From NCBI GenBank assembly GCA_030141605.1, contig JAQGDQ010000561.1:76048-140047 (forward strand): a stretch of 64,000 nucleotides of DNA, given 5' to 3'. This document shows, one piece after another, positions 1-12,153 of the stretch. The notes beneath the pieces were generated by a model. It was not told the DNA's origin, ran no database searches, and worked only from the letters and a program-made list of their open reading frames with translations. The position numbers and the translations under genes were made by a program. The DNA is from Tubiluchus corallicola (taxonomy: Eukaryota > Animalia > Priapulida). Position 1 is the stretch's first letter; the number at the start of each line of letters is the position of its first letter.

Positions 1-170
1 GTTAGCAGGACGAGACGCGGCAGACGCTGACGACGACGAAAAAGGGACGGCGACGTCCGGCGAAAGCATACCTCTGTCACCTCAGAGCAGCATAGCTTCC
101 TCTGGCAGTGTCGACGGGGACGACGACTCGCACAGGAACACTTTTATCGAGGAAGGAAGCGGCATGTCAG
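1..170 (+). CDS. SAMD4: Smaug/SAMD4 homolog, internal exon (5' part outside window)
   Basis: Frame from nt 2 reads ...IPLSPQSSIASSGSVDGDDDSHRNTFIEEGSGMS, matching the pre-SAM segment of SAMD4A/B (PLSPQSS.ASSGS...RNTF.EEGSGM); donor G|GTAAAG at 171, phase 1. Confidence 0.9.
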
Positions 171-429
171 GTAAAGTACGATGCCTTTGAGCAATGTCAT
201 ATGAAATCGATCGTCTTTAAACCTGGTGAATATATTGTATCTGCAGCTGGTAGGCTTCATGCCGTTGTTTATTACAAGACAACGAATTATTTAATTGGAA
301 ACTCGTTTACCTCAGGGATGCAATTAGTGCTAATCCTCTTCCAAATTCATTACAATAATTGCAATGAATAATTTTAATTATTTCAATGTGCATTAGCTCT
401 TAGCTCTCTGCTGATAAATGTTTTTAAAG

Positions 430-2446
430 CCGGATATGTCTGGTGCACCGAGAACTGTCGGGTGTGTCTGGTGCACCGAGAACTGCCGGGTATGTCTGGT
501 GCACCGAGAACTGTCGGGTGTGTCTGGTGCACCGAGAACTGTCGGGTGTGTCTGGTGCACCGAGAACTGCCGGGTATGTCTGGTGCACTGAGAACTGCCG
601 GGTATGTCTGGTGCACTGAGAACTGTCGGATATGTCTGGTGCACTGAGAACTGTCGGGTACGTCTGGTGCACTGAGAATTGTCGGGTATGTCTGGTGCAC
701 TAAGAACTGCCGGGTACGTCTGGTGCACCGAGAACTGCCGGGTATGTCTGGTGCACTGAGAACTGTCGGGTGTGTCTGGTGCACTGAGAACTGTCGGGTA
801 TGTCTGGTGCACTGAGAACTGTCGGGTGTGTCTGGTGCACTAAGAACTGCCGGGTATGTCTGGTGCACTGAGAACTGCCGGATATGTCTGGTGCACTGAG
901 AACTGTCGGGTATGTCTGGTGCACTGAGAACTGTCGGGTACGTCTGGTGCACTGAGAACTGTCGGTTATGTCTGGTGCACTGAGAACTGGGTACGTCTGG
1001 TGCACTGACAACTGCCGGGTATGTCTGTTGCACTGAGAACTGTCGGGTGTGTCTGGTGCACTGAGAACTGTCGGGTGTGTCTGGTGCACTGAGAACTGTC
1101 GGGTGTGTCTGGTGCACTGAGAACTGTCGGGTGTGTCTGGTGCACTGAGAACTGTCGGGTATGTCTGGTGCACTGAGAACTGCCGGATACGTCTGGTGCA
1201 CTGAGAACTGTCGGTTATGTCTGGTGCACTGAGAACTGTCGGGTATGTCTGGTGCACTGAGAACTGTCGGTTATGTCTGGTGTACTGAGAACTGTCGGGT
1301 GTGTCTGGTGCACTGAGAACTGTCGGGTATGTCTGGTGCACTGAGAACTGCCGGATACGTCTGGTGCACTGAGAACTGTCGGGTATGTCTGGTGCACTGA
1401 GAACTATCGGTTATGTCTGGTGCACTGAGAACTGTCGGGTATGTCTGGTGCACTGAGAACTGTCGGGTATGTCTGGTGCACTGAGAACTGCCGGATACGT
1501 CTGGTGCACTGAGAACTGTCGGGTATGTCTGGTGCACTGAGAACTGTCGGTTATGTCTGGTGCACTGAGAACTGTCGGGTATGTCTGGTGCACTGAGAAC
1601 TGTCGGTTATGTCTAGTGCACTGAGAACTGTCGGGTATGTCTGTTGCACTGAGAACTGTCAGTTATGTCTGGTGCACTGAGAACTGTCGGGTATGTCTGG
1701 TGCACTGAGAACTGTCGGGTATGTCTGGTGTACTGAGAACTGTCGGGTGTGTCTGGTGCACTGAGAACTGTCGGTTATGTCTGGTGCACTGAGAACTGTC
1801 GGGTATGTCTGGTGCACTGAGAACTGTCGGATATGTCTGGTGCACTGAGAACTGTCGGATATGTCTGGTGCACTGAGAACTGTCGGATATGTCTGGTGCA
1901 CTGAGAACTGTCGGTTATGTCTAGTGCACTGAGAACTGCCGGGTATGTCTGGTGCACTGAGAACTGTCGGTTATGTCTAGTGCACTGAGAACTGTCGGTT
2001 ATGTCTATTGCACTGAGAACTGCCGGGTGTGTCTGTTGCACTGAGAACTGTCGGTTATGTCTGGTGCACTGAGAACTGTCGGATATTTCTGGTGCACTGA
2101 GAACTGTCGGATATGTCTGGTGCACTGAGAACTGTCAGTTATGTCTAGTGCACTGAGAACTGCCGGGTATGTCTGGTGCACTGAGAACTGTCGGTTATGT
2201 CTAGTGCACTGAGAACTGCCGGGTATGTCTGGTGCACTGAGAACTGTCGGTTATGTCTAGTGCACTGAGAACTGCCGGGTGTGTCTGTTGCACTGAGAAC
2301 TGTCGGTTATGTCTGGTGCACTGAGAACTGTCGGTTATGTCTAGTGCACTGAGAACTGCCGGGTGTGTCTGGTGCACTGAGAACTGTCGGTTATGTCTAG
2401 TGCACTGAGAACTGTCGGTTATGTCTGGTGCACTGAGAACTGTCGG
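430..2446. repeat. 28-bp minisatellite, ~72 copies, in Smaug intron
   Basis: Unit GTCTGGTGCACTGAGAACTGTCGGGTAT with point variants, no spacers. Confidence 0.97.
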
Positions 2447-2689
2447 AGTTCTATTAGCATCTATTCTTTTTACTTTTTATCGACTAACAATTAAATTCTG
2501 TTTGAAATTAAAACGTCTTTCAAAGGTTTTATTGTCTTGGCCATTGTAGTTAGTTTCTGAATTGTGTTTTTGTAATGTCCGTTAGTTTGTTTGTTTGTCT
2601 GTCTGTCTTTCAAATTACTCGTCTCTAAGTCTTCGTCTCTACGCGAAGAGTTTGTAGTGGTGGTTCTGACCCAAGTGCCCTAGTTGAAG

Positions 2690-3283
2690 ACGGCATTCAG
2701 ATTTGCATTCAGACTTCCACCGAACTCCTAACCGCCATTATTAATGCAGCACCAAGCGGAATTTATTCGTGTCATACACGATCAGAAAGCCAGAAAAATT
2801 CTCTATCTAACCATATATAGTTTGTTGGTCAGTAATTTAACCTGCAAGAAATAACTCAACCCTAGATGAAGAAGGCATTCAGACTTCCACCGAACTCCTA
2901 ACCGCCATTATTAATGCAGCACCAAGCGTAATTTATTCGTGTCACACACAGTCAGAAAGCCAGAAAAATTCTCTATCTAACCATATATAGTTTGTTGGTC
3001 AGCAATTTAACCTGCAAGAAATAACTCAACCCTAGATGAAAAATGGACAGTAAGATTTTTAATGCTACTTCCACCGAATTCCAAACCGCCATTATTAATG
3101 CAGCACCAAGCGACATTTATTCGTGTCATACATAGTCAGAAAGCCAGAAAAATTCTCTATCTAACCGCATATAGTTTGTTGATCAGCAATTTAATCTGCA
3201 AAAAATAACTCAACCCTAGTCAAAGAAGGCATTCAGGTTTGCAACGCTGCTTGCACCAAATTCCAAACCGCCATTATTAATGT
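2690..3283. repeat. ~170-185-bp tandem repeat, 3+ copies
   Basis: Recurring CCGCCATTATTAATGCAGCACCAAGCG...AATAACTCAACCCTAG. Confidence 0.88.
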
Positions 3284-3669
3284 CCTTTGAGCTGACATTG
3301 TGGCCTGTAAACCCAAAGAAGTAGACAACTGATGCTCCTCCCACCAGCATCTCCGTCGCTTTTACAGTACAAACTGGTGCTGCAGTAAAATGGAAAGACC
3401 TGTTCTGTGTCTGTCCGGATTGTTACTGCATTACCTACTACAACGCGTTCAGACTAGCGAATTTTCTCCCCAAGTGACTGCAAGTTACTAAACCAGATTA
3501 TAAAGGAAGTTTGAATTCCCGTCCTTATAGCACATTGTCCATCTGCACCACCTACAGCATGTTCAATACAAGAGCAAGACAATTAAATATTTAAACAATT
3601 AATAAAATCAACTGGCTTCGGTTCAGCAGTGGATTTAAACTCATAAGTTAGAATTAATGAATGTAACGG

Positions 3670-4195
3670 TGCATTCACACTAGAGAGTTTTTTGACATGA
3701 GTTTTCTCATTTGAGAGCAAACTCGCAAGTGTGAACTCCTTTGCGAGTTACTGTCGACTCCTCGCAGCGAGTGAGAGAAGTGAGCGTCAGCTCGCACTTG
3801 TTGTCGGAGAGCAACTCACAGCAACTTTTGCTCTCTAGTCTGAACGTACTTGTGAGTTACTTGGCGAGTTACTGTCGACACCACGCAGTGAATAGAGAAG
3901 TGAGTGTCAGCTCGCACTTGTTGTCGGAGAGTAACTCACAGCAACTTTTGCTCTCTAGTCTGAACGTACTTGTGAGTTACTTGGCGAGTTACTGTCGACA
4001 CCTCGCAGCGAATAGAGAAGTGAGTGTCAGCTCGCACTTGTTGTCGGAGAGTAACTCACAGCAACTTTTGCTCTCTAGTCTGAACGTACTTGTGAGTTAC
4101 TGTCGACACCTCGCAGCGAATAGAGAAGTGACTGTCAGCTCGCACTTGTCGGAGAGTAACTTGCACTGAATTTTGTATTCTAGTCTGAATGTCTC
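3670..4195. mobile_element. Harbinger-like MITE with three internal ~120-bp tandem repeats
   Basis: CATTCACACTAG ... CTAGTCTGAATG termini; related sequence at 28500-28790 and near 3449; superfamily assignment tentative. Confidence 0.6.
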
Positions 4196-4499
4196 ATTAG
4201 ATTTTTATTAACATCCTTCATTTGCATACATTAGTTTTTTGTTGATGTTTTTCGTCCACTTTGTTGCTCTGCGAACCTTAAATCAGCTTTCAGTGGCTGT
4301 CCACCCTCTGAAGTGGCTGGTTGTGGCAAGACTGGCACCTTGTTTGTTATCATGACTAATCCTAAAAGAAAACGCAATAAACTGATAGCCGAGAAACAGT
4401 CCAATCCGACTTTGGTCGTTGAACACATGTGGCCCTTTGTTAGCGTCGTTGTAAGAGCTGTTTTCTTTGCTCTTGTGTTACTTTCTTCTTCTTTTTCAG

Positions 4500-4609
4500 A
4501 CGTGCCGGCTTGGTTGAAGAGCCTGCGACTCCACAAGTATTCTCACCTCTTTTCTAAGATGACCTACGATGAAATGATGAATCTGTCGGAATCGTGGCTT
4601 GAAAAGCAG
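4500..4609 (+). CDS. SAMD4: Smaug/SAMD4 exon, SAM RNA-binding domain N-half
   Basis: Polypyrimidine tract plus AG at 4498-4499; (D)[36 protein letters not shown] is the Smaug/Vts1 SAM signature; donor at 4610. Confidence 0.97.
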
Positions 4610-4687
4610 GTAGGTTAAAATGGTGAAAAGAATTTGGGCACGCATTTTAGAAAGTCCAAATTTAGTTTTGACCATTAGCATCTTTAA

Positions 4688-5055
4688 AGCACAAGAAAAC
4701 CTTTCACTTCCATAAAGCTTAAAAAATTCACCTTGAAATTTTATACCACTTACATGCTGCCTTTTGCATGCAGGGCTTGCGTCGGCAGTAATGCTGTATA
4801 AAACTTGTAAATTTAAACTCCCGCGATGACCGTAAGACGCAGCCATTTTCACGACAGGACATTTGAAGCAAGTTTAGGTAACACTGTGTAAAGTTTGGAA
4901 AAATAATCAGAGCATTCGTAGCGCACACGTCACTAAGTAAGTAAAATTTGAAATTACTGTGTCTTGTCAATAAGGTTAAAAATACGTTTTTGGTTAGTGA
5001 GTGCTGCACTCTGGAGGGTGAGTCAGTGACATTTTACCAACTGACGAAAACATCA
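4688..5055 (-). mobile_element. Kolobok-like element, partial copy
   Basis: Reverse complement of the 3' half of 46639-47319; TTAA at the end. Confidence 0.68.
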
Positions 5056-5103
5056 TGCTTTCACTAGTACCCGTAGTTTTAAACATTTTTTTGCATATTT
5101 CAG

Positions 5104-5410
5104 AACGTTACGAAAGGAGCACGCCATAAAATCTTTCTCAGTATACAGAAACTCAAAGAACGCCAAAGCTTACTCCGCTCCCTCGAGAAAGACGTGTTAG
5201 AGGGCGGAAATCTACGAACCGCCCTCTCTGAACTCCGGTCTGTCATCAACTCTCCCATCAAGGCCTGGTTTCCAAATAGCGGCCGAGGCAGGGGAGTAGA
5301 CCGGAGCCCCTCGACTCCACCGCCCAGCCCGGGAGCGGGCGATACGGACACACCGGGACAGGTGCCCGATGGTGATATACCCGGCCAGTTTACACGCGTC
5401 ATGGGCAAAG
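5104..5410 (+). CDS. SAMD4: Smaug/SAMD4 exon, SAM C-half and PHAT region
   Basis: TTTCAG acceptor; [35 protein letters not shown]...[12 protein letters not shown]; donor G|GTGTGT. Confidence 0.96.
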
Positions 5411-5865
5411 GTGTGTAATACGCATTCTCTGCATGGAGTTTTTTTCGTCACATGCTAATTTAATTAATTATGCGTCGTCCAATTTAGACAAATGAGTTTC
5501 TTGCAGCCCCTTCGCACCAGGGATGAGAATTATACGCGGAATTCCGAGTTTTTGGAAGACCAGTAGTACCAAGACTAATATTGAATATTATCGATAATAT
5601 TGAGTGAAAATAGGGGGTGCTGCAGTTGCGGGGTACCTATACACGAGCCGACCACTGGTTGTAACGATTGCATTTTTAATTGCAACTCTTATAAAGCATT
5701 AACACTGAATTGACATGTTATTTGTGTCCCTTAACTTAGAATCTGTTCTAAAAAATTTTAACGCTTTTCTCTTTTTTCTGATAATCCTGCCCAGATGGTG
5801 TTTGTAATGCAGTTTTCTCAGAGCTGGGTAAATTTCGTTTCCAAAAAAAATTGAAGTTTTTATAT

Positions 5866-6363
5866 CAGGGGTGTGCAAATAATCTGACTAGCCGGGCCAT
5901 ATTAAACTTTCCCGCAATTTCTGCGGGCCACAGGCAGTTTGATCAAGGAGCCAAGTACAGAAAGGCCTAATAACGATTTTTTTGCATCCGACCTGCGTAC
6001 ATCATTACTACTACACTCAAGAAACTATTTTAGAAGTTATTAAAATTTATATTACAAACCATATATTTCTACTTTCAGGACAGATAGTGGTAATTTCATT
6101 ACAATGCATATTAGTAATGTGTATCACACAGTCTGTGTAGTACAGTGACATTAAGCTACAACCGTCTTGTAAGGGTTAATGGCATCCGATCTAGTAGAAA
6201 GAAACTACCCGCACTATCTTTGGGATCGTGGCACGGACTTCAGCTGGATACACTCAATTAATCGCCCGGGCCGCACTTTCATTAGGTTGACAAATCTCTT
6301 CGCGGGCCACACAAATTCTCTCGCCGGGCCGCAAGTGGCCCTTGGGCCGCAGTTTACACACCC
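5866..6363 (+). mobile_element. hAT-like MITE family A
   Basis: CAGGGGTGTGCAAA terminus, imperfect 8-bp TSD (ttttatat/atttatat); highly similar to 41682 and 47437 copies. Confidence 0.85.
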
Positions 6364-6498
6364 ATTTATATCTATTGCTGTCTCTGTTTGTAAGATCAAA
6401 TATGTTATACCATGCTGACCATGTTTCATTATAAGACGAATCATATTACGGACGTTTGAGTGGAAGTTGTTTATTGTTTACGTTGTTGTTTATTTCAG

Positions 6499-6590
6499 TT
6501 TGTACACAGCTGCTCATTGTCTCCAATCACATCGAGGACGACAAGTTCACGAATTACTTGCAGTTGATCGAGCGCTGCCTAAACCATGAA
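6499..6590 (+). CDS. SAMD4: Smaug/SAMD4 exon (PHAT region)
   Basis: TTTCAG acceptor, phase matches; VCTQLLIVSNHIEDDKFTNYLQLIERCLNHE; donor GTGAGT. Confidence 0.93.
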
Positions 6591-6732
6591 GTGAGTATTT
6601 GAACTTTCTGTTCTGTTTTGAAATTCTTGCATGTCGGCCATTGCTAGAGCATTTTGTGGAACATTGTTTTGTGCTGCTAATTCACCAAACAACACGTTAT
6701 TGATCTTGTTGATAATGTAAAGTAATTTAAAC

Positions 6733-7269
6733 CAGGGATGAGAATTTTCCGCGGATACTCGGAATTCCGAGCTTTTGGGAGACCAGTAGTGCCATTTTTA
6801 TAAATCGCGTAAATTCGTTGAGAAAATTTTTACGGACCCAGTACATTATTTCACAAGCTGACCGCTAGTTAGCAGGCTGTCACTTTGTTTACATCGTGTA
6901 CATCAGTATAACCACGTGTATATCTCTATGTATAAAAATATAGAATCAATTGTGCGGAGTTATTTGAGTCAATTGCAGACAGTTTTTATATTCTTTTGCA
7001 TAGGAGCGGCCAGTACTTGGGAATTTTTGAGGCAATTAGGTATTTATGTATCCTTGATAGTTGGGTATTTTAAATTATGCATGAAACAAGGTAATTGATA
7101 TTTTAAGTCCACTTAGAGGAGGCTCTCTGTGGTCACAAAATTGCAATTTGTTGCTTCTCCCCTTGAACCCCCATGAGGGCTTTGCCCCTCAACCCCATTG
7201 GGGGCCCAGGCGGCCCCAAAACCCCCGGCCCGTTTCAGAATTTTTTCCAATTTGTCATTCTCATCCCTG
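6733..7269 (+). mobile_element. hAT-like MITE family B
   Basis: TIR CAGGGATGAGAAT; TSD atttaaac/atttgaac; left-end fragment also at 5518. Confidence 0.87.
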
Positions 7270-7428
7270 ATTTGAACTTCTGCTCTGTTAGCAAAGTGTG
7301 CATTGCGAATGTTCTGATTATGTTTGTCAAACTTCACGCAGTGTTTATCTAAACTTGTTTCAAACGACTTACCATTAAATGCCTGCACCGAAACGATCAT
7401 TGTGAGAGTTCAAATTTACAAGTTTCTT

Positions 7429-8090
7429 ACAGCTTTGCTGCCAATGCAAGCCCTGTATGCAACAAGACAGTATGCAAGTGATACAAAATTTCAAGACAAA
7501 TTTTTAAACTTTATTGATTTTTATACAGCTTTGCTGCCAATGCAAGCTCTGTAGGCAACAAGACAGTATGCAAGTGATACAAAATCTCAAGACAAATTTT
7601 TAAACTTTATTGATTTTTACACAGCTTGGCTGCCAATGCAAGCTCTGTAGGCAACAAGACAATATGCAAGTGATACAAAATCTCAAGACAAATTTTTAAA
7701 CTTTATTGATTTTTATACAGCTTTGCTGCCAATGCAAGCTCTGTAGGCAACAAGACAGTATGCAAGTGATACAAAATCTCAAGACAAATTTTTAAACTTT
7801 ATTGATTTTTATACAGCTTTGCTGTCAATGCAAGCTCTGTAGGCAACAAGACAGTATGCAAGTGGTACAAAATCTCAAGACAAATTTTTAAACTTTATTG
7901 ATTATTACACAGCTTTGCTGCCAATGCAAGCTCTGTAGGCAACAAGACAGTATGCAAGTGATACAAAATCTCAAGACAAATTTTTAAACTTTATTGATTT
8001 TTATACAGCTTTGCTGCTAATGCAAGCTCTGTAGGCAACAAGACAGTATGCAAGTGATACAAAATCTCAAGACAAATTTTTAAACTTTAT
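7429..8090. repeat. 96-bp tandem repeat, 7 copies
   Basis: ACAGCTTTGCTGCCAATGCAAG... recurs at 7429, 7525, 7621, 7717, 7813, 7909, 8005. Confidence 0.95.
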
Positions 8091-8708
8091 TTATGAAGAG
8101 ACTATGACAAAAATTCATGAGAAATCTTTACTAGAATACTTAGTGACGGAGAGACAGAGAGAACTAAAGTTAACTGTTCTATATAAAACTTAGAAATTTA
8201 TGTCAACTAACTTTTCATATGATACGAGCGCAAGATATATTTCAACTAGACTTAATATTATTTATTTTGATGTGATTCGCAGAAAATGTGCATACAGTTT
8301 ACACATCAGGCTGAATAAGAGTGAAAATTTTATATGCAAGAACTTTTTAAACAGTGATGCAAACTTTACTTCTGTAATTAGACGTCATTGGCGTAGTTTG
8401 TTATATCGTTAATTGTTATTTGTGTTATTGTTGTGTGTCATGATTTATTGTATTATTTGTATTAATTTGTGATGTGTTTATGAACTTTGCGAAGTTTGAA
8501 ATAAAATATTAAAATTTAAAAAAAATCTAAAATATAGAGGATTTCTATGGTGGCGTGTGCTCATCTAGTATCTGCATCTGCTTCTGTTTACATTTGGGCC
8601 CGGTATCAAACACGAATCACGTTGATCTTTGTTTAGGTGGCCGAAGTGCTTTTTATAGCATTACCTTTTCGTGTGTGGTTACATAAATCTGTTTCTCTTT
8701 TGATTTAG

Positions 8709-8815
8709 GCATTTACTACAACTCAAAAGAAGCGATTAGAATCGTGGAAGCAGCAAGTGTTGAAAACTTGGAAGCCAGCTCAGACGCGATGCTCCCCTCG
8801 CGGTCCTGCAACAAG
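8709..8815 (+). CDS. SAMD4: Smaug/SAMD4 exon
   Basis: AFTTTQKKRLESWKQQV matches the SAMD4 AFT..QKKRL.SWKQQV motif; TTTAG acceptor, AG|GTACG donor. Confidence 0.93.
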
Positions 8816-8830
8816 GTACGTTACCTGTAA

Positions 8831-9421
8831 AGGACAAGAGAAGGGATAGCTGAAGTAGGTTTCAGAAAAATCGTCTTAAACAATTATATTACTGTACAGC
8901 AATTTTATGAATACTCACGTTATTAAAAAGAATTTTTGTTTATTTTCATTTTAAATCTCCCACAATATCGGCGGCGCCATAACATGACGTCACTATGCCT
9001 TGTATAAATCAGTGGAAGAAAAGGAAATGTTAAACTATGTCCCAAGAAACTTTCCATGCAATGTTATATTACTTAGCATTTCGCTTACCTGCTGGAAAGA
9101 CTTGCGTAACTAGAAAATTTTTTTTTAATTATTTAAAATGTTTTCACCAATTGGTAAAATGTCGCTGACTCACCCTCCAGGGTGCACCACTCGCTAACCA
9201 AAAACGTATTTTTCATCTTATTCACAAGATACAGTAATTTAAATTTTTACCTAGTTAGTGACGTGTGCGCTACAAATGCTTTGATTATTTTTTCAAATTT
9301 CACGCAGTGTTATCTAAACTTGTTTCAAATGGCTGCGTCTAGCGGTCATCGCGGGAGTTTAAACTTACAATTTGCATGTAAAAAGGCAGTACGTAAGTGG
9401 TAGGTCATTTTTTCATACATT
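8831..9421 (+). mobile_element. Kolobok-like element copy
   Basis: Colinear with 46639-47319 (e.g. CTGACTCACCCTCCAGGGTGCACCACTC). Confidence 0.7.
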
Positions 9422-9522
9422 TTAAACTGTTTTGGACTGCAAGACAGTTTTTAACGTGCAAGTTGTAATTATTACATCTTCCAACAGGTGGCTCTGCCTT
9501 ACAGTGTTTTAACACTTTGCAG

Positions 9523-9745
9523 GTTTTTGAGCCATTTTCCCGCCACTGGATTCACCGGAGATGTCAACATCCTGCCGGCAATGCACCCAGCTGTGATCAC
9601 TCGTGGACGACGGTTGCTGGCCCAACCGCCCCGGCTGCCGTATACGAAACAGGGCGTGGTCGTCGTGCCAACGGCCTCCATTCAGCCGCACCAGCGCCCC
9701 TACGTGTCGCAGTCGTTTAATAAACCACGGCCTACAACTCAAGAT
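9523..9745 (+). CDS. SAMD4: Smaug/SAMD4 exon, low-complexity C-terminal region
   Basis: TTTGCAG acceptor, open and phase-compatible (RFLSHFPATG...PTTQD), donor GTAAGT; GC-richer than flanks; little motif support. Confidence 0.75.
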
Positions 9746-10134
9746 GTAAGTTCTTCTGTTTCTGTTAACGATGAATTATATGTAATGTTTGTTGATGACT
9801 GATAAAGATAATTAATTACTGAAAATGCCACGTTGCGATAATACGGCAGCATAATGAAAACTGGTCAGACAAAATGTACTTAAACTGCAGTAACTCTACA
9901 CCCACCCCCAGTACCGTGCTCCTTACTGAAATGGTTAACGGATATTAGTGGTATATCTTAGCTGCTAAAATAATAATGCGTATACCTAAAACGTACTATG
10001 AAAAAAAACAGTTGAGATATCCACGAAATCTTATAAAAGTAAAAGTTTTTTATTTGTAAACAGAAAACGAATCGAGTCGCATAAAATCAGACGTGTTTCC
10101 GTTTTCTTGAATTAACTGGTTTCATTTTGTCTAG

Positions 10135-10219
10135 AAGGCAGGTGTGCAGAGAACCAAATCAGCGCCATCACGGCCTCCACCTCAAACCACGTACGGTGGC
10201 GCCGCCTACAATAAACCAT
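10135..10219 (+). CDS. SAMD4: Smaug/SAMD4 exon
   Basis: KAGVQRTKSAPSRP resembles the SAMD4 VQRT.S.P motif; donor T|GTAAGT; exact acceptor ambiguous (TAG/AAG/CAG, all in frame). Confidence 0.82.
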
Positions 10220-10279
10220 GTAAGTACTTCGGCAAAACGTTTTTGTCTGTGTGTCCTCGTATGAAGGCAATAATTACTC

Positions 10280-10895
10280 CAGGGATGAGAATTTTCCGCA
10301 GATACGCGGAATTCCGTGTTTTTGGAAGACCAGTAGTGCCATTTTTGAAAATTGCGTAAATTCTTTGAGAAAATTTTTTGGGTTGAACCTCGTTTTCGTC
10401 GAAATCTTAACTGAAACTTTCAGTAGCATTTTTTCAAGGTATTTATCTGACTTACCTTTTATCTCCTAGATGTTAAAAATCGCTGAAAAAATTTGGCTAA
10501 AATAGTTCAAATAAAGTGTAAGTATCGTTTATTTTATAACCTGTACGATTTGTAGCATGCCTTTTACGGCAATGCGGCATATCTTCGTTGCTGACAAATG
10601 TGAAGCTTTGAGGCCTCCAGACACAAACAACCGAAATACCAAAGCGTAATTTGAATAAACCCAAGTTTAATTTTATAATTTATGAAATATAGACAACAAA
10701 ATATATACAAAATAAAATTTGTTAATTTTTTGAAGCTTCACGATCATATGTATCATGTATCCTTGATAGTTGGATATTTTAAACTATGCATGAAACAAGG
10801 TAATTGATATTTTAAGTCCACGTAGAGGCTCTCCATGGTCACAAAATTGCAATTTGTTGCTGACTCCATTGGGGCCTTTGTCATTCTCATCCCTG
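10280..10895 (+). mobile_element. hAT-like MITE family B
   Basis: TIR CAGGGATGAGAAT; partial TSD (ttactc); ends shared with the 6733 copy, middle differs. Confidence 0.83.
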
Positions 10896-11575
10896 TTACT
10901 CATTGCAACTTTTACTGTTATCCCTCATGTGTTTTTACTTGTCTGTCCTAGAGGCAGGTGAGTTGCTTATAAATCTGTTTTTAGTGGCCTCCTCTGTGAA
11001 ATTCTGGACCAGAAAATTGTTTCCTCGTTAATCAGCCTTTAAGGCTCCAACGTCAAGAAGCAACCATTGCAAATACCTCCTGCCAGCAACAGTGGCAGTT
11101 TGAATTATTCAGAAAATTCTTTGCCACTGTTCCAATACTGTATAAAAAGAAATAAACACATGTAGTTTTAAAATTGTAATTTGTAATTGTAATTTTAAAC
11201 GAACAAACATACAGAAATTTTTACATAAACTTAATAAAATCCTAAACAAGAAATATTGTTTGCTTACGAATATCCTAAATTGTCGCAGTTCAAGAGCATG
11301 CCGGTACGCGGTTTTTAAACACGTGACAACTGACAACAGAGTGTGTGAACGACAGTACTTCCTCTACTTAGCAGCAGACGCTAGCAGTGTGCCGTACAGA
11401 GTGTTATCTTAGACATGTGAGCATGCGGCCAACAGTCAAACACACCACTGTGCTGGGCTGTAACGTAAACAGTACTACTTTCACATTCTCTGGACTGTAC
11501 AAGTATAAAAAAGAACTAAAGAAACAAGACTTGCTGTACTGAATATTTTCTATAATATTGAGTGAAAATAAGTTA

Positions 11576-11915
11576 TAATAAGTTTATTTATTTCCACACT
11601 GCATCTAACACTTATAATAAAAATACAGATAATTTTCCACTGCAGTAAATATAAATACAATATTATCCAGAAATTACAAAAGAGATTCTTATACACGTGC
11701 AAATTACATTACAGAGTAATTTTGATGCATACAGTTTGAGCCTAAAAGCATGCTTGACAGACCAAACTGTACGTGGAAACCTTAAAAAAATGATTAATAA
11801 TTGAAATAATGATATTATATACATAAAAGTGGGGGGGGGGAGTACTGAATGAAAGATGAAATGGAGCGAGAACTAAGAAAAACTGTGATCATGATTATAA
11901 AGTGTTCAGTAACCT
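11576..11915. repeat. Dispersed repeat, duplicated at ~15150-15482 (probable reverse-oriented LINE tail)
   Basis: Direct similarity starting ATAAGTTTATTTATTTCCACACTGCATCT. Confidence 0.65.
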
Positions 11916-12051
11916 GTTGAGCATAGTCACGTTTTATTAAGATTACTGTGGAAAAAGAATGCAGGTGATTACCATTATCATTAGGGAGTGCTGCTTATAA
12001 TGTGGTCGCTGTACTTTTCACCAAAATTCTCTCATTTTCGTATTTTTCCAG

Positions 12052-12153
12052 CATCCGACTACGGACGGAATTCACCGGGTACGAACGTTGAGCACGACAT
12101 CAACAGCATCACGGAGTCGTTATGTCTGAGCGTAACGGAGCACGCCCTAGAGG
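12052..12153 (+). CDS. SAMD4: Smaug/SAMD4 penultimate exon
   Basis: ...DINSITESLCLSVTEHALE matches the conserved Smaug C-terminal ESLCLS.TEHAL motif; TTCCAG acceptor, G|GTAATT donor. Confidence 0.92.

Noticed and set aside
383-2125. Many overlapping ORFs (MHQTYP...) and a CRISPR-like look of the 28-bp array
   Set aside because: Translations of a spacer-less minisatellite inside an intron; no unique spacers and no cas genes
9488-9522. Upstream acceptor CCAACAG at 9487 for the Smaug exon
   Set aside because: Gives TAA after eight codons in the required phase; the 9522 acceptor keeps the frame open
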